From Trichinella spiralis (lineage: Eukaryota), in assembly GCF_000181795.1 (NCBI RefSeq), contig NW_003526945.1:760529-824528 (forward strand): DNA of 64,000 bases. The letters are read 5' to 3'. Shown one piece after another: positions 50,236 through 61,894 of the stretch. Position numbers and translations under genes: made by a program. The notes beneath the pieces are model-generated. The model saw nothing but the letters and a program-made list of their open reading frames with translations, was not told where the DNA came from and did not search any database. The stretch's first letter is position 1. Every line of letters starts with the position of its first letter.

Positions 50236-53233
50236 GACGTTCGAATGCTGACGTTTCCCCAATAATCACCAACCCCAACAACTATGATCATCAGTTGCTT
50301 CTTTTTAGCATGAACACGAAGCAGAGGTAGGAGCAACAGCAGGTATGGGAAAAGAGGAAAAAGAGTGAGACAGCGCAACGGGTGACCTGAGAGTTCAGCC
50401 AGGCGTACACAAGGACAATGGCGGCAGCAATCCTACCCACACAGTATGAACGAAAAGCAGGTTCTGCTTTCTATTAGTTGAGATGAGCGGCCATCGACCG
50501 GAGAACCAACATGCTTAGTTTGATTGATCGAACATTGGCGCGTGCCTGTCAGACGCAATAGCAAGTGCTATTCGCTCTTTGCAATAATGATTTCGCTAAA
50601 TCATCAAAATGATGTTATTTTTAAAAATTTAATGATAAAACTAATTAAGACTAAAAGGAATGCAAAAATTTAGAAATGAGTAAAATTTATTTTCAAACAA
50701 TGCGCTTCAAAACAATGCAAAATAATATTGCTTTAGCAATGTGATGATCCATTTTAAGTGCAATTTAAGGCACGACATGGACTTTTTGTTTGAGAGCTTT
50801 TCAGTTTCAGTGTATGCAAATATTTTTGTATTTTGTTACTCTAGTTACTTTGCTACTACTGCAATCTTATCCTTATATTATTTACATTGCAAATCTAAGA
50901 ATAGTTTGCAAACAAGTTTTTTTAAACTATGCTTGTAAAATCACTGAATTATTAATAAGTACACTGAAGTTTATTTATAAGTAGAAATGAAAAATTGAAG
51001 AACTGCGCAAGTTTTTGCAGAATCACTTAAGGTTTGTATAAAATTTTTTCAAATAACTCCAAAAAGAACAATTTGTAAAATGTTCTCTGAAGTAGCTGAT
51101 ATTATGGCAAATTTTCATTTTTTATGAGCATCATCAAAGGAATATTAATAAAATTGTATGCCTCATAGGTTCACACCATGCTTTTTTAAAAAAATATAGC
51201 CAACGCTTGATAAAAACAAATTGCTCAACTGTTATAAATACTTCTCTTATAAATGTAAAGCATAAAGCTTTGAAGATAAGCTTTTGAAATTATTTGCAAA
51301 GCTTCTTAAATTAAAACTATTAAATGAATTGCATACTTAATTACATAACATTTTGTCAGCATTTTACATGTCATTTGACACATCTACTACACTTAATAGA
51401 ATACCTCTGAAGATGCACCATTAGTGTTTCTTGACATCCACATAAGGCGTTTGTATAAATTATACTCCAATTACAAAATGAACAAATGAATACTACAGTT
51501 GAATACTCAATTATAACTTTCCTAAGGATTGTTTATAAAATAACGTTTTTAAGATTATCTGAAAAGTGTTCTCATTGAACTTATCATAAAGAAATTATGT
51601 AAAATAATAATTACGAGATAAAAAACACTTATATAAAATAAAAGATGCAAATTAAAAAACATCCATTGCAAAAAGCTTATTGTTTTACAATTTTCTTTAA
51701 ACTGCATGGAATAAGTTTTACTACTTTAGCAGTTGCAACAGACTGCATGCGTGCATGAAATAAATTTAACATTTTAAAACTCGCAGTACATTAGTAAATA
51801 TGCCATACAAGCATTACTTTTCAGTTCCGGTTTATACTTTATGCAAAAATTAATGATTCCCGGCAGTTCCCATATTATGGCTGTGTCAACAGTTACGGAT
51901 AAAAGAAATTGGATTTTCTCAGAATTTCATCAGTATTAGACATAGTTTTATTAATTATTTTATTAATAAATTCATAATTGTTTGTTAAATTTAATAAAAA
52001 CTGCTAAATTTAAATGGGCATTTGAAGTTTCACATTTGACAAGCCACTTCACAGAGGTTTCTCACAAAAGCATTTTTTATCCATTTAATTGAATTAAATA
52101 ATTAATTAATTATGAATTATTGTGCACTATAGACGAGAAAGTTCATATATCAAAAGTGGAATAATTCAAAACTCTAGTAGCGCATAATACTTATCAATGT
52201 CTATGTTGATATGAAAAAGAAAAATAACATATGACAATGAAAGTACAGTACATTATGAGACTTGAATTTTATTGAATACTGTTCAAATTCAGTTTAGAAA
52301 CATGTTTATAAAAGTTTTACAATAGAAAGAAATTAAACATTAAATATTTTTTAAATAATTGAATTTAATATTTTCAATCATAATTACTGTTGCTTTTTTA
52401 TTGCTTTACTGGAAATATTTCATTGAACTTCTTACTTAACTGTGCTGAGCAGTTTAGAATTTTATTTTTGTCAAACTATTCAAAATATGTTATTGAAGCA
52501 AATATGAATTTTATGTTCAATCTTAAAGTTTATAGTGCTATACTGCTTTGTATAAATTCACCAAAATTGTAAACTACAGTATATTTTCTGGATTTGCATA
52601 AAAGATGTAACTTTAAAGTTGCATAATATTTTAATTAATAATATTTGTGCTTAGTTTGAGTACAAAAGTGAATTACACTATTGATTTACATTGATGACGA
52701 GCAGTAATGAGTGAACTGTTAATCAAGTTGTGTCCGAATGTAAGTCACTTTGTTAAGAGTGAACTCATCAAAAGAATAATTTTAAATAATGGTAAAATTT
52801 TGAAAATCAATGTTTGCTTAATTTTTTAAATGTGTATTTATATAAAGATTTTCCGAGTACAGTGTGCGATTCAGATCGTTCAGATTTAGACGAGGGATAA
52901 TTTTGCTAAGTTAATTTCCTGTTATCGATCATTTTGTTGAATTGTCATTTGTCCAACCAGAACTGCCGTCATTGAACACACAACATTGGCGTCAGTTTCT
53001 TCTTTAGCATACTTTTTATGTGCGTCATTTGAACGAATGTGGTGTTATTTTTCTAATTAATTATTCAAAGCAGTTTTCATTTACTATTTTCAAGTCAACA
53101 TGACGGAAATTACATTATGAGAAATTTATCCAACGGTTTTATTATTTCATACAATAATCATGTGTATTATGACGGATTTGTGTACTGAAAGTGTTGTATT
53201 TTAGCTTTAAGAATAGCAGATACTTTTCTCCAC

Positions 53234-55056
53234 ATGGACAGTGAAGTGAAGAAAAAGCTTGTTGAAACGTTTTTAGATTTAGAACAGATTGAAATTAATC
53301 TTTTTCGGTATGATTTTGTAAATTGTCCTGTTTCATTTGTTTTGTTTCGAAGTATTTATTATAACAGAAGTAAGCATTTGATTCCTGGTATTCCTGACAG
53401 TCCAAGAGTATACGGTGGTCAAATTATCGGCCAAGCTTTGACCGCGGCACAGTTGACAATGTCAGACAATTTCCATCCACACAGTTTGCATTGTTACTTT
53501 TTATCCGGAGGTAAATTAGAATGAAATGCTGATTGAATTGCACATTATCTTACCGTTGACTTTTTATTATTTTTACAGCTGACAAGGACTTACCATTGAT
53601 ATATTATGTTGATAAAATCCGAGACGGTCGTAGCTTTTGTAATCGTTTTGTCAAAGCAGTACAAAATGGTGTTGCCGTTTTCACTAGTGAAATATCTTTT
53701 CACAAAGTATTGTATAATTATGTTTATTTGATTTTGGGTTTATTAATTTTTTCCAGGAAGAAGTGGAATCAATCAGTCATCAAACTCAAATGCCGGATGT
53801 TCCTTCCCCGGATGAATTAGATAGTGTTGAGACACTTTTTCACAACCATTTGGAGTATACTTTACTTTTACATGGTGTCTATGTTATTATAATTTTCAAT
53901 GACTTCAGGACCTGTACTGACGAAAAAATAAGAAAGCAAACAATTCTTCGTATGCAGCATTTGCCAGTTGCGTTTGATATGCGACCTGTGAATGCGCAAC
54001 AATTTTTAAGATTAAAAGCTACTGAGCCGAAGTATTTTTGTTGGATTAAAGTGAAAGATTTATTAGGTAAAATATGCATACTCTTTCTTTTAATAAACTG
54101 AGCCATTTTATCAGAAGCATAATGAATTTTCTACCGTAGAAATTTTCATATCTTCTCATACATGCATCATAAGTTAGGTTTCATAAAAGCAATCAATTTT
54201 TTTTTATTGATCCGCTTTCAATGCTTATTGTGCTTATTGTTATTTTGCATTTTATTAGAAGCAAAGCAATTTATAGTTGGATGGAAATTGCTTGAAAAAT
54301 GATTTTTCTTTCTTCATTGAATATTTTGCTGAATGATTAGAAATGATCATTTATGTATTGCTTTTTACCATGCAATCCATTGTATTATAGGAGAAAATCG
54401 TTGTTTACACCAAGCTGCAGCGGCTTTTATGTCCGATAGTTGTATGGTATCTACGGCATTATTTCCTTACAGTTGCACATCATTGAAAATTGGAATGGCT
54501 GTTAGTTTGGACCATAGTATATGGTTTCATCGTCATAGTTTTTCCATTGATCAATGGATGTTATATGAAACTGAAAGCACCATTGCAGGTTGTTAACAGA
54601 TTAATGCCAGAGGGTTTGTTCTTTGAAACGTATACATATTTGGCCATCGATTATTAGCTCTAACAGGGTGACAGAACTTGGAGACTGATTACCAGCGCCA
54701 CATGATATTTTATCAAACATTGAAACAATGGAATTGCATTGATTTTACAGACTCACCCAATTATGTGGCACTGACAATCCTCGTCCAGTTTTGCTTACCC
54801 TACATACGGCGAATAGTTGCTGGTTGAATGTGTTTTGTTTGAAAGAACATTTATAGACTTAAGCAATTTAAATTAATTATTATACTTTTAAACCTGTATA
54901 GTTAGTATTAAGTAGATTACTTATTATTTTTGGATTGCATTCGATCTTTATTTAGCTAACAGCCGAGCTCTTGTTCATGGACGTTTATGGTCTAGAGATA
55001 AGAAGCTGGTGTTATCCACAGCACAAGAAGTTTTGATTCGCGCTGCAATTTCTTGA
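53234..55056 (+). CDS. ACOT8: Acyl-CoA thioesterase II (ACOT8/TesB family)
   Basis: Exons 53234-53307, 53368-53510, 53579-53706, 53757-53854, 53909-54066, 54391-54588, 54956-55056. Motifs: FLDLEQIEINLFR, RVYGGQIIGQAL, HSLHCYFL, YYVDKIRDGRSF, MPDVPSPDEL, AAFMSD, SLDHSIWFH, WMLYE, RALVHGRLW, STAQEVLIR. Confidence 0.93.
54665..54804. other. Imperfect inverted repeat / predicted ~140 nt stem-loop in ACOT8 intron 6
   Basis: Arms 54665-54703 and 54763-54801 pair over about 33 positions with bulges and G.U pairs. There is an inner hairpin CATTG-AAA-CAATG at 54718-54730, and ACA follows the stem. Confidence 0.6.
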
Positions 55057-55997
55057 CTGAGAAAGTTTACTATCTACTGTTTAAATGGTTAACAAACAAA
55101 GCACACTTACTTACTTTTGCAAGCTTTACATTAGGCAACAATTGTCAGATTGAATCTCCTTTTGTGTTTACGTTTAGTCATTTGGAATTATTAGTTTTCG
55201 TGGTGTCATCTTTTACTTCATGGTAAATATTTAAATTGATGTGCTCTGAGAATGACCAACTGATTATGTTTGTTTGTTTGTTTTTTGAAATGTAACTTGT
55301 GTTGTGAATATTCAAAAAAAATGAACATTATTTAATATTGCTTAGTAATATTTGATATGTGAGTGGAAAAAGTGCAGCATGATAAGTAGAAATGGAAATT
55401 TGGATAGATAAAAGAAAATTTTCATTTGGATATATTTTTCAATAATTAACAGTTTCACGAGAAGAATTCACTAATTAGAAATACTTATCGAAGATGACTT
55501 TGGGTAAAGATAAAATATTCATTCATATTTTACTCATTTCATCCTGATAACTTATCTTTTATTTCATACTGTAACTTGGCTTATTTTTGTTATCTTACTG
55601 TAACTCTTGTGAAAGGGAATGAAATCGAAACAAATTTCTTTGGATCTGAATCACGATGTGGCAGAAAGTTATACAAAAAAAGAAATGTGCATCAAAATAA
55701 GTAAATTTTAAAAAAGTCCTGTATTTTTTAACGCACTTTAACTAAGAAGCTCGTGAACTTAAAAAATGTAAGTAATTTTAATATACTCATTGCTGTTGAC
55801 TAAATATGAGCATGAAACTTGACTTTGTCACTTCTTACTCAAATTGTATTTATTTTTGTTCCATTCGAATAGAATTTAGCAGTTTTAAATTGTTTTTTGT
55901 TCTATCAACAATAGTCGGAATGATGAATTGAGTACTAAATACATTGCATAATTACATTGCAGTATAATTATAAATTGCTCATTGAAAATGGGTTTCA

Positions 55998-58189
55998 CTA
56001 AAGCGACGGGCAAAATCCAATTCTTTTCTTTTCAACATCATGCACTTGACAGTACTGACGGATCCAGCAGTCGCCCAAAATCCATTGACTCGAAAATTGT
56101 GGTACAAGACCAGCAATACACGTATTTGGTAAAATCTGAAATATTCCAATTTATATTTTATAAAAAAGCAGTTGAAAAGGTATTTTCTGTTATATTCTGG
56201 TTCTCCTGTTCTTCACTGAAACAAAATTGGACTAATTTTATTCAGTTATTGTTTGTCCTAATTTTTACTTCTGATATTAATGAGTAGAATTGCAATAATA
56301 ATTATAATGAAGTGATGAATGTTGGATCAGTATTTTTATTAGCTTCCATATAAAAGCTATTCCCCAAGTATGAAATGCAGAATCATTTTGTTTATTTGTA
56401 TTGATTTTATTTTAAGAAATATAGAAAACTCTTTGACACTTACTTCAACGATATAATTGTGCGGATAGACGTCAAAATTTTTCTTATTTATAACAAACGT
56501 TATAGGCTTCAGCGTGGAAACTTTATTGCATGGTATAATTGGCTAAATGAAAAATTTTTTAAATAAAAATTATATTTTTATTGAAAAAAATTATTTACCA
56601 ACTGAAATTCGTCTGACCATTCCATATTTAATTCGAATACCAGATTAAAAATATCCATAACTGGACCGTGAATGAAAGATGTTCCACTGTCAGATATTGC
56701 TGTCAGTTTTCCATCTGAAGAAATTACACTGCTATTGCCAACTTTTACACTAAATATTTTACTAATATCAAAATATGAATTATTTTTTTCAAAAAAATTA
56801 CTCATTCATATCAAACATCCAGTAACCAGCTTCAACGTCAGTCCAGTCGCAGGTTTCTGAACAGTGTTCATAATCGAAATCTCCCAGTGTTAATGTACCT
56901 GCTTCTTCTTTCTTTGCTTTTCTGATATAATTCAATTTGGAAGTATAAAATTTAGCTGTACATTTTAGATTTGCTCACTTTGAAAGCCATATTGTAAAGA
57001 GCGATTTATCCAATAAGTGTTCTTCAACCATCCTCAGCACTGGTGGTGTAGAACGAGATACAGAAATCTCTTTAAAAGCTAAACCGCATATGCCATCTAA
57101 CGGTTTATCGCCCAAGAAATCATCTAACTTTGTGGCAACTGTCCAAGTTTGATTTTTTACGCAAATACCAGCTATCTAAATTGCAAAATTATTGGCAGTA
57201 AACTAGAGCGAATAAAATATTTTCATTTTGCACAAATAAATACTAATTCCGTTGTAAAGCTGTTTTAAATACAAAAATAAAATTTGTACGCAGACGGTAT
57301 CTTTTGCCGTAAAACCTTCTACACTGCCAGTACCATATATCAGTTTGATAGATTGACCCTCATAATGATAGGTAGAGCTCGTTGAATCGTCAAATTTATT
57401 TTTACCATCTAAAATTATGAAAAATTGTCATTTTTTAGAAATAAAACCCCACATTTATATTACCACAAGGTTCATGCCCAATTGTTTTTAGTATTTGAGG
57501 ACTGCAACATAATTTATCACACGTCAGCTCACATAATAGTTTTGATGAACACCGCTCTGGACATGTGACACTCTCTGAACCACAGCTTATGCCAGGTAAC
57601 CAAAAATCAGCGCTTCCTGTATCCATTACTACTGTGAAATATTTTTGTGGGGTACCCACACCAATTTCTGCCAAATACATTAACTGAAAAAAGGATTAAA
57701 GCGAATAAGGAAAAGAAAAAGATTGCCTTCATGGATTCGTATTTGTATTAGCTCAATTTTTTCAAAACTCCCAGTCTATTTAGAAATAAAAGCAAATTCT
57801 TATCATTTTGATGTAGCTGTTTTAATATAAAAAGATATTGTAAGATGCAACTTACGTACATCGTCCAAATCTCGTTGAGGTTCACGACCACTGTCATTCA
57901 TTTTAATATATTTTGCTTTCTTCATTGAATACTCTTTCCATTTACCGGAATGTATTAATTTTTCACGAAAAGACGTCACACGTTTCAAAGGAATACTATC
58001 CAAAAGAATCAAATTTCATAGTTATATATAGTTATAAATATAAAACAAATTATATGAAACGTTAATTAATGGAAAAATATCACATTAACGAAGGAAATAT
58101 TCAGAAACTAGCATTGATGTCACATACCGAATTGAATATGTTGAAATTAAAAGGAATAATAATATGAAAATGCTTTTCATTTTCAGCAT
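55998..58189 (-). CDS. Secreted pepsin-family (A1) aspartic protease, nematode type with Cys-rich insert
   Basis: Signal MKSIFILLFLLISTYS (ATG 58189 or 58180), propeptide IPLKRVTSFREKL, YLAEIGVGTPQKYFTVVMDTGSADFWLPG, flap YGTGSVEG, DGICGLAF, second catalytic motif AISDSGTSFIHGP, and C-terminus QWILGDCWIRQYCQVHDVEKKRIGFCPSL*. About 9 exons. Confidence 0.93.
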
Positions 58190-59278
58190 AATAAAAGAAA
58201 CTGTTTTTAATGCACAAAATAAGCGTTTTCTATAAAACAGCTAATGCTAAGTATATTTATTTTTTGATTCATCAACATGGGCGTAAGAGTGATTGAGCAT
58301 GTTGTCACTTTTAATGATTAAATAGAAGAATAAAGTTTACAGCTTCGTGAGGAGATTAGTTAAGCAAATTTGCGTTTTCCAAAACTTCTAGATAAGTAAT
58401 CAGTTAAGAAAAATAATTTTTTAACATGGTAAACAACAGTGGTGGATGAATTATAGTTTGACTGCTTTTGTTTTTTTGTAATTAGAAGAATATCCATTTT
58501 CAAAATCGAACAACATAATATGTTAAATTTATATACAATTTTGTTCCTCTTTTTGGTGCCTATATCTATGTCGATCTTTTATTATTGGAAAATCAAAATG
58601 ATGCATTTGAGAAAGCAAAAAAAGTAAAGAACTGCTTGAAAAAATATAACAGATGTGTTAACTACTAATATGCATCTTTTTAATCAGCTTCTGTATTTGA
58701 TTTAAACAATAAAAATCAGATCCACCATTGATGGAATTATACGATTGCTATTTATCACATTATAACTGTAGCGCCAAACTAAGTTAGCTAATGATATAAT
58801 AATACGATTGTAACTGCATATGGTAACAGAGAGGGGGAAATACTCAAAACAAGATGTGATGTTAGCCATATCAAATGACAGCGTTTTTTCCGAAATGCAT
58901 CATAGAGTACCCCATTATGTTGCAATGATGTATATCAAGAAAAACCAAAAAAGATTTACCTTTTATCTTTAAAATTGTTCATAATTGAAACTTTTCAAAC
59001 TTTCTTGATTTCAGTACTTTAGCTTTCTTCAATACGTCATTTGCGGTACAATACTAAGCATTTATAATTAAACCTGAATTATACTTTTCGTACGGTATCT
59101 TGTATTTGCTGTTTGTTATTTTCTCCAAAAAAACGATTCTTCCATCAAAGGAATGTTACATTTTATGTGTCATTTGATAAAATAGATTTATTTTGTATTT
59201 ATTGCAATTTCATGCATTGCATGTAGAATTTTCTGTTGATATGCGTGCATATATAATTCATGGTATGCGCTTTTAGAA

Positions 59279-60838
59279 ATGGATGAGCCACTGACCATTA
59301 ATTCATTAAAGTTATTAGGTAAGTTTACAGCTTCAATTTATCGAATTTTTGGTTCAGTAATTTCTGTTTCTTACGAATAGTGTAGATAAATTGTTTATTG
59401 CAGTAACTTGATTGTTTTAACTGTCAGTTTTTGAAACGTCAGCAGTGTTTTCTTTATTAGCACTGTATATATTTTTTGTATTTTTTTTGAATTCATTAAC
59501 TGTCTCAGTGTTGTGATATTTGAATGTTTTACATTTACTTTTATTTTATTTTATTTGTATGCTATGTTTTTCCTGTTCACATTGTAATTCAATTTTTTAT
59601 TCTTTAGGTAAAAGAAAGAAAAGAGATTTCCGTAATTTGTTTTTACGGCAGGTTGTTAGCGGAGTTGCGTTGTGGGCAGGGTATCATGAAGTAGAGGAAG
59701 ATGCTTTAACATGTCTCGTTGATGTTCTTTATGACAGTACGTATTACTTTTGTTTTTTTTGTAACTAAAAGAGATTTTATATAGCAATTCAAGAATTGTG
59801 TATAATGACTAAAAGTTATGCGGAACACTGTAATCGGACGCAGGTGGCTGTTTCTGATTTTATGACGGCAGTTGCTTCCAGCAGTAAGTAGATTTTTTTT
59901 TAGTAATATTTATTTAAAGAAAACAGGACTTTTAGGAAAGTATAGTTTGAAGTTTCCTCCATCAATGAAAGAATTGTCTACGAAATACTCCCTCAAATAT
60001 CCACCAAGTATTGAATAGAATTGATATTTAAATTATATGTTCTGCTGCAGGATGCGTTTTACAGCACTCAAGGTGAGTGGTATGAAGGAGTCGACAATTT
60101 TGCGAGGTTTAGAACCTCAACCTCATGCGGGATATATACCCAGTTATCTTCCTCCATATCCGAATCCACACACATACATATCAACTTCGGTAAATATGTT
60201 TGTTACAATTGTAAAAGCTGCTGATATTTTTTGATAAGTTTAGTGAAGTAAAATCTCGTAATAAAATAAAATGTGTGAAAATGAAAATAGTGTACATTTT
60301 AGAGTTGTATATAATTAGATTTTAATTTTTTGGAACTAATATAAAGACTAAATTAACATGATAGATAGTGTGTAGAAATTTTTATTTAAAAAAGTCATTC
60401 GTATGTAGTTTACTTATAAGGAATTGTTTCTTAAGGTAGGAACCGAACTTCGGGTTGACTATGAACATTATCGAAGGATAGAAGCTTCTCGAAATGATAA
60501 ATTGAAACAAAGCGTTTATGATTTGGTGCTTCGAGATCATCCATCGGTCACAGTTCGATTTGAAGATTTCCAATTAAGAGGTTGAATAAATCTTTGTAGT
60601 ATTATCAGTAATTCACATGCATTCAGTTTTTTCTGTTTGTTAATTAACATTATTTTTTGTAGCTCTTCTGAGAGAACAGGTCGATGATACGCCGTTGCGA
60701 AATTTGCTATCGCGTGGTCCGGCTCAGAATAGTAATAATGTTGAACCAATTTTGGATGAAACAGTTAATAACCCATACATTAAAGAGCGTATTATGGTAA
60801 AAGAAATATTGAATAGGAAAAAACGTAAATTCAAATGA
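59279..60838 (+). CDS. TAF8: Transcription initiation factor TFIID subunit 8
   Basis: Seven in-frame exons. Histone-fold region LRQVVSGVALWAGYHEVEEDALTCLVDVL...KSYAEHCNRT, TAF8_C motif PHAGYIPSYLPPYPNPHTYIST, and C-terminal NNPYI...RKKRKFK* (NLS-like). Confidence 0.88.
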
Positions 60839-61894
60839 ATTTTTTTGTCGTTTTGTTCTACATTTTATGTCGACCTGCACCATCCGCACGAATGAATGTA
60901 TCGTTTGCAATAATATAATGCAAGTGTTTTAGTTTGTGTCATGTGACAATATAATTCATAAAGAATTCAGTATGTACTTTAGATCTAGTTTGGCTTTGTT
61001 GACTATTTGAGAATTAATAAATTTTTGGTCACTTAAAGTGAAATTGTAATATAGTTACAGCAGTCCTGCGAGATAAAAGCTACATGACAATTTGTAAAAG
61101 CACTATTAGCAACTATACTGTAATAAAATTTCTTAATGTTCAACGTGAAATCTTGCACGTAAACAAATTGATAAAACAGTAATACAAATACTAAATAGTT
61201 TGCTACTTGTCACTTTAATATAAGCTTATATGATTTCCCGTTTATTTTGCTGGAACAACTTTACGAAAAGTTCAAGTGCTGTTATTATCTTTCTCAGATA
61301 TTGTACTAATAAATATTAGAAAAGAGTTTAAATTAAAATATACGTTGTGATAAAATAATAAAATATGCTACTAGAAAAAGCAGTGCACTCAAAGATGCAA
61401 TAATCATAGCACAACCTGATTTTTATTAGTGAAGCTACTGTAATTGCGTCTGCGTTAAATAAAGCAACGGCTGTTACTATAGTTAAAGTTTCATAGTAAG
61501 TATGATATTATTTAAGACATTAGTTTTAATAAAAAATTGAATTTCGGTTTTTATATATTGGAAGCTACTGTCTGCTGATTCATTTTATAGAAGCAACGCA
61601 AGTGTATATATGCGAATAATTTTTACGTGATTGAATGTAACAGATTATGTTATTTATTTTATAAATTTTAAAGTTTAATTTATTTTAATTAATATTAATT
61701 TTTAATTAATTCTGATAATATAATGAAAATTTTGATGAATTGTACCTGTCATCTAAAAGTACAGTATTGTCGTATTGTAGTGCATTAGTTGGAGAGAATG
61801 TTGTCGTGTTGAGGCTTTTACTTTTGTTAGCCTTATGTTATATGGTAAACTTTTAGCTTGAATTGTTTGATTGTGCAGTTGTTATCTGTTATTG

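Noticed and set aside
50536..50549. TGGCGCGTGCCTGT, identical to part of the SRP/7SL Alu domain
   Set aside because: Only 14 nt match, and no other SRP features follow. It is more likely chance or cadherin promoter sequence.
54702..54745. SECIS-like pattern ATGA...AAA...TGAT inside the intronic hairpin
   Set aside because: Helix II pairs poorly, the site is intronic, and no in-frame Sec codon is evident in ACOT8.
54589..54955. Intron-hosted telomerase RNA
   Set aside because: I found no template complementary to 1.5 copies of TTAGGC or TTAGGG, and no clear H box.
55054..55092. Stop-codon readthrough (TGA CTG) adding a PTS1 to ACOT8
   Set aside because: The context is not the TGA CTA(G) motif and the extension ends in LNG, not a PTS1.
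61420..61600. Repeated GAAGCTACTGT...AAGCAACG about 130 nt apart
   Set aside because: Only two short, degenerate copies; too weak to call an element or array.
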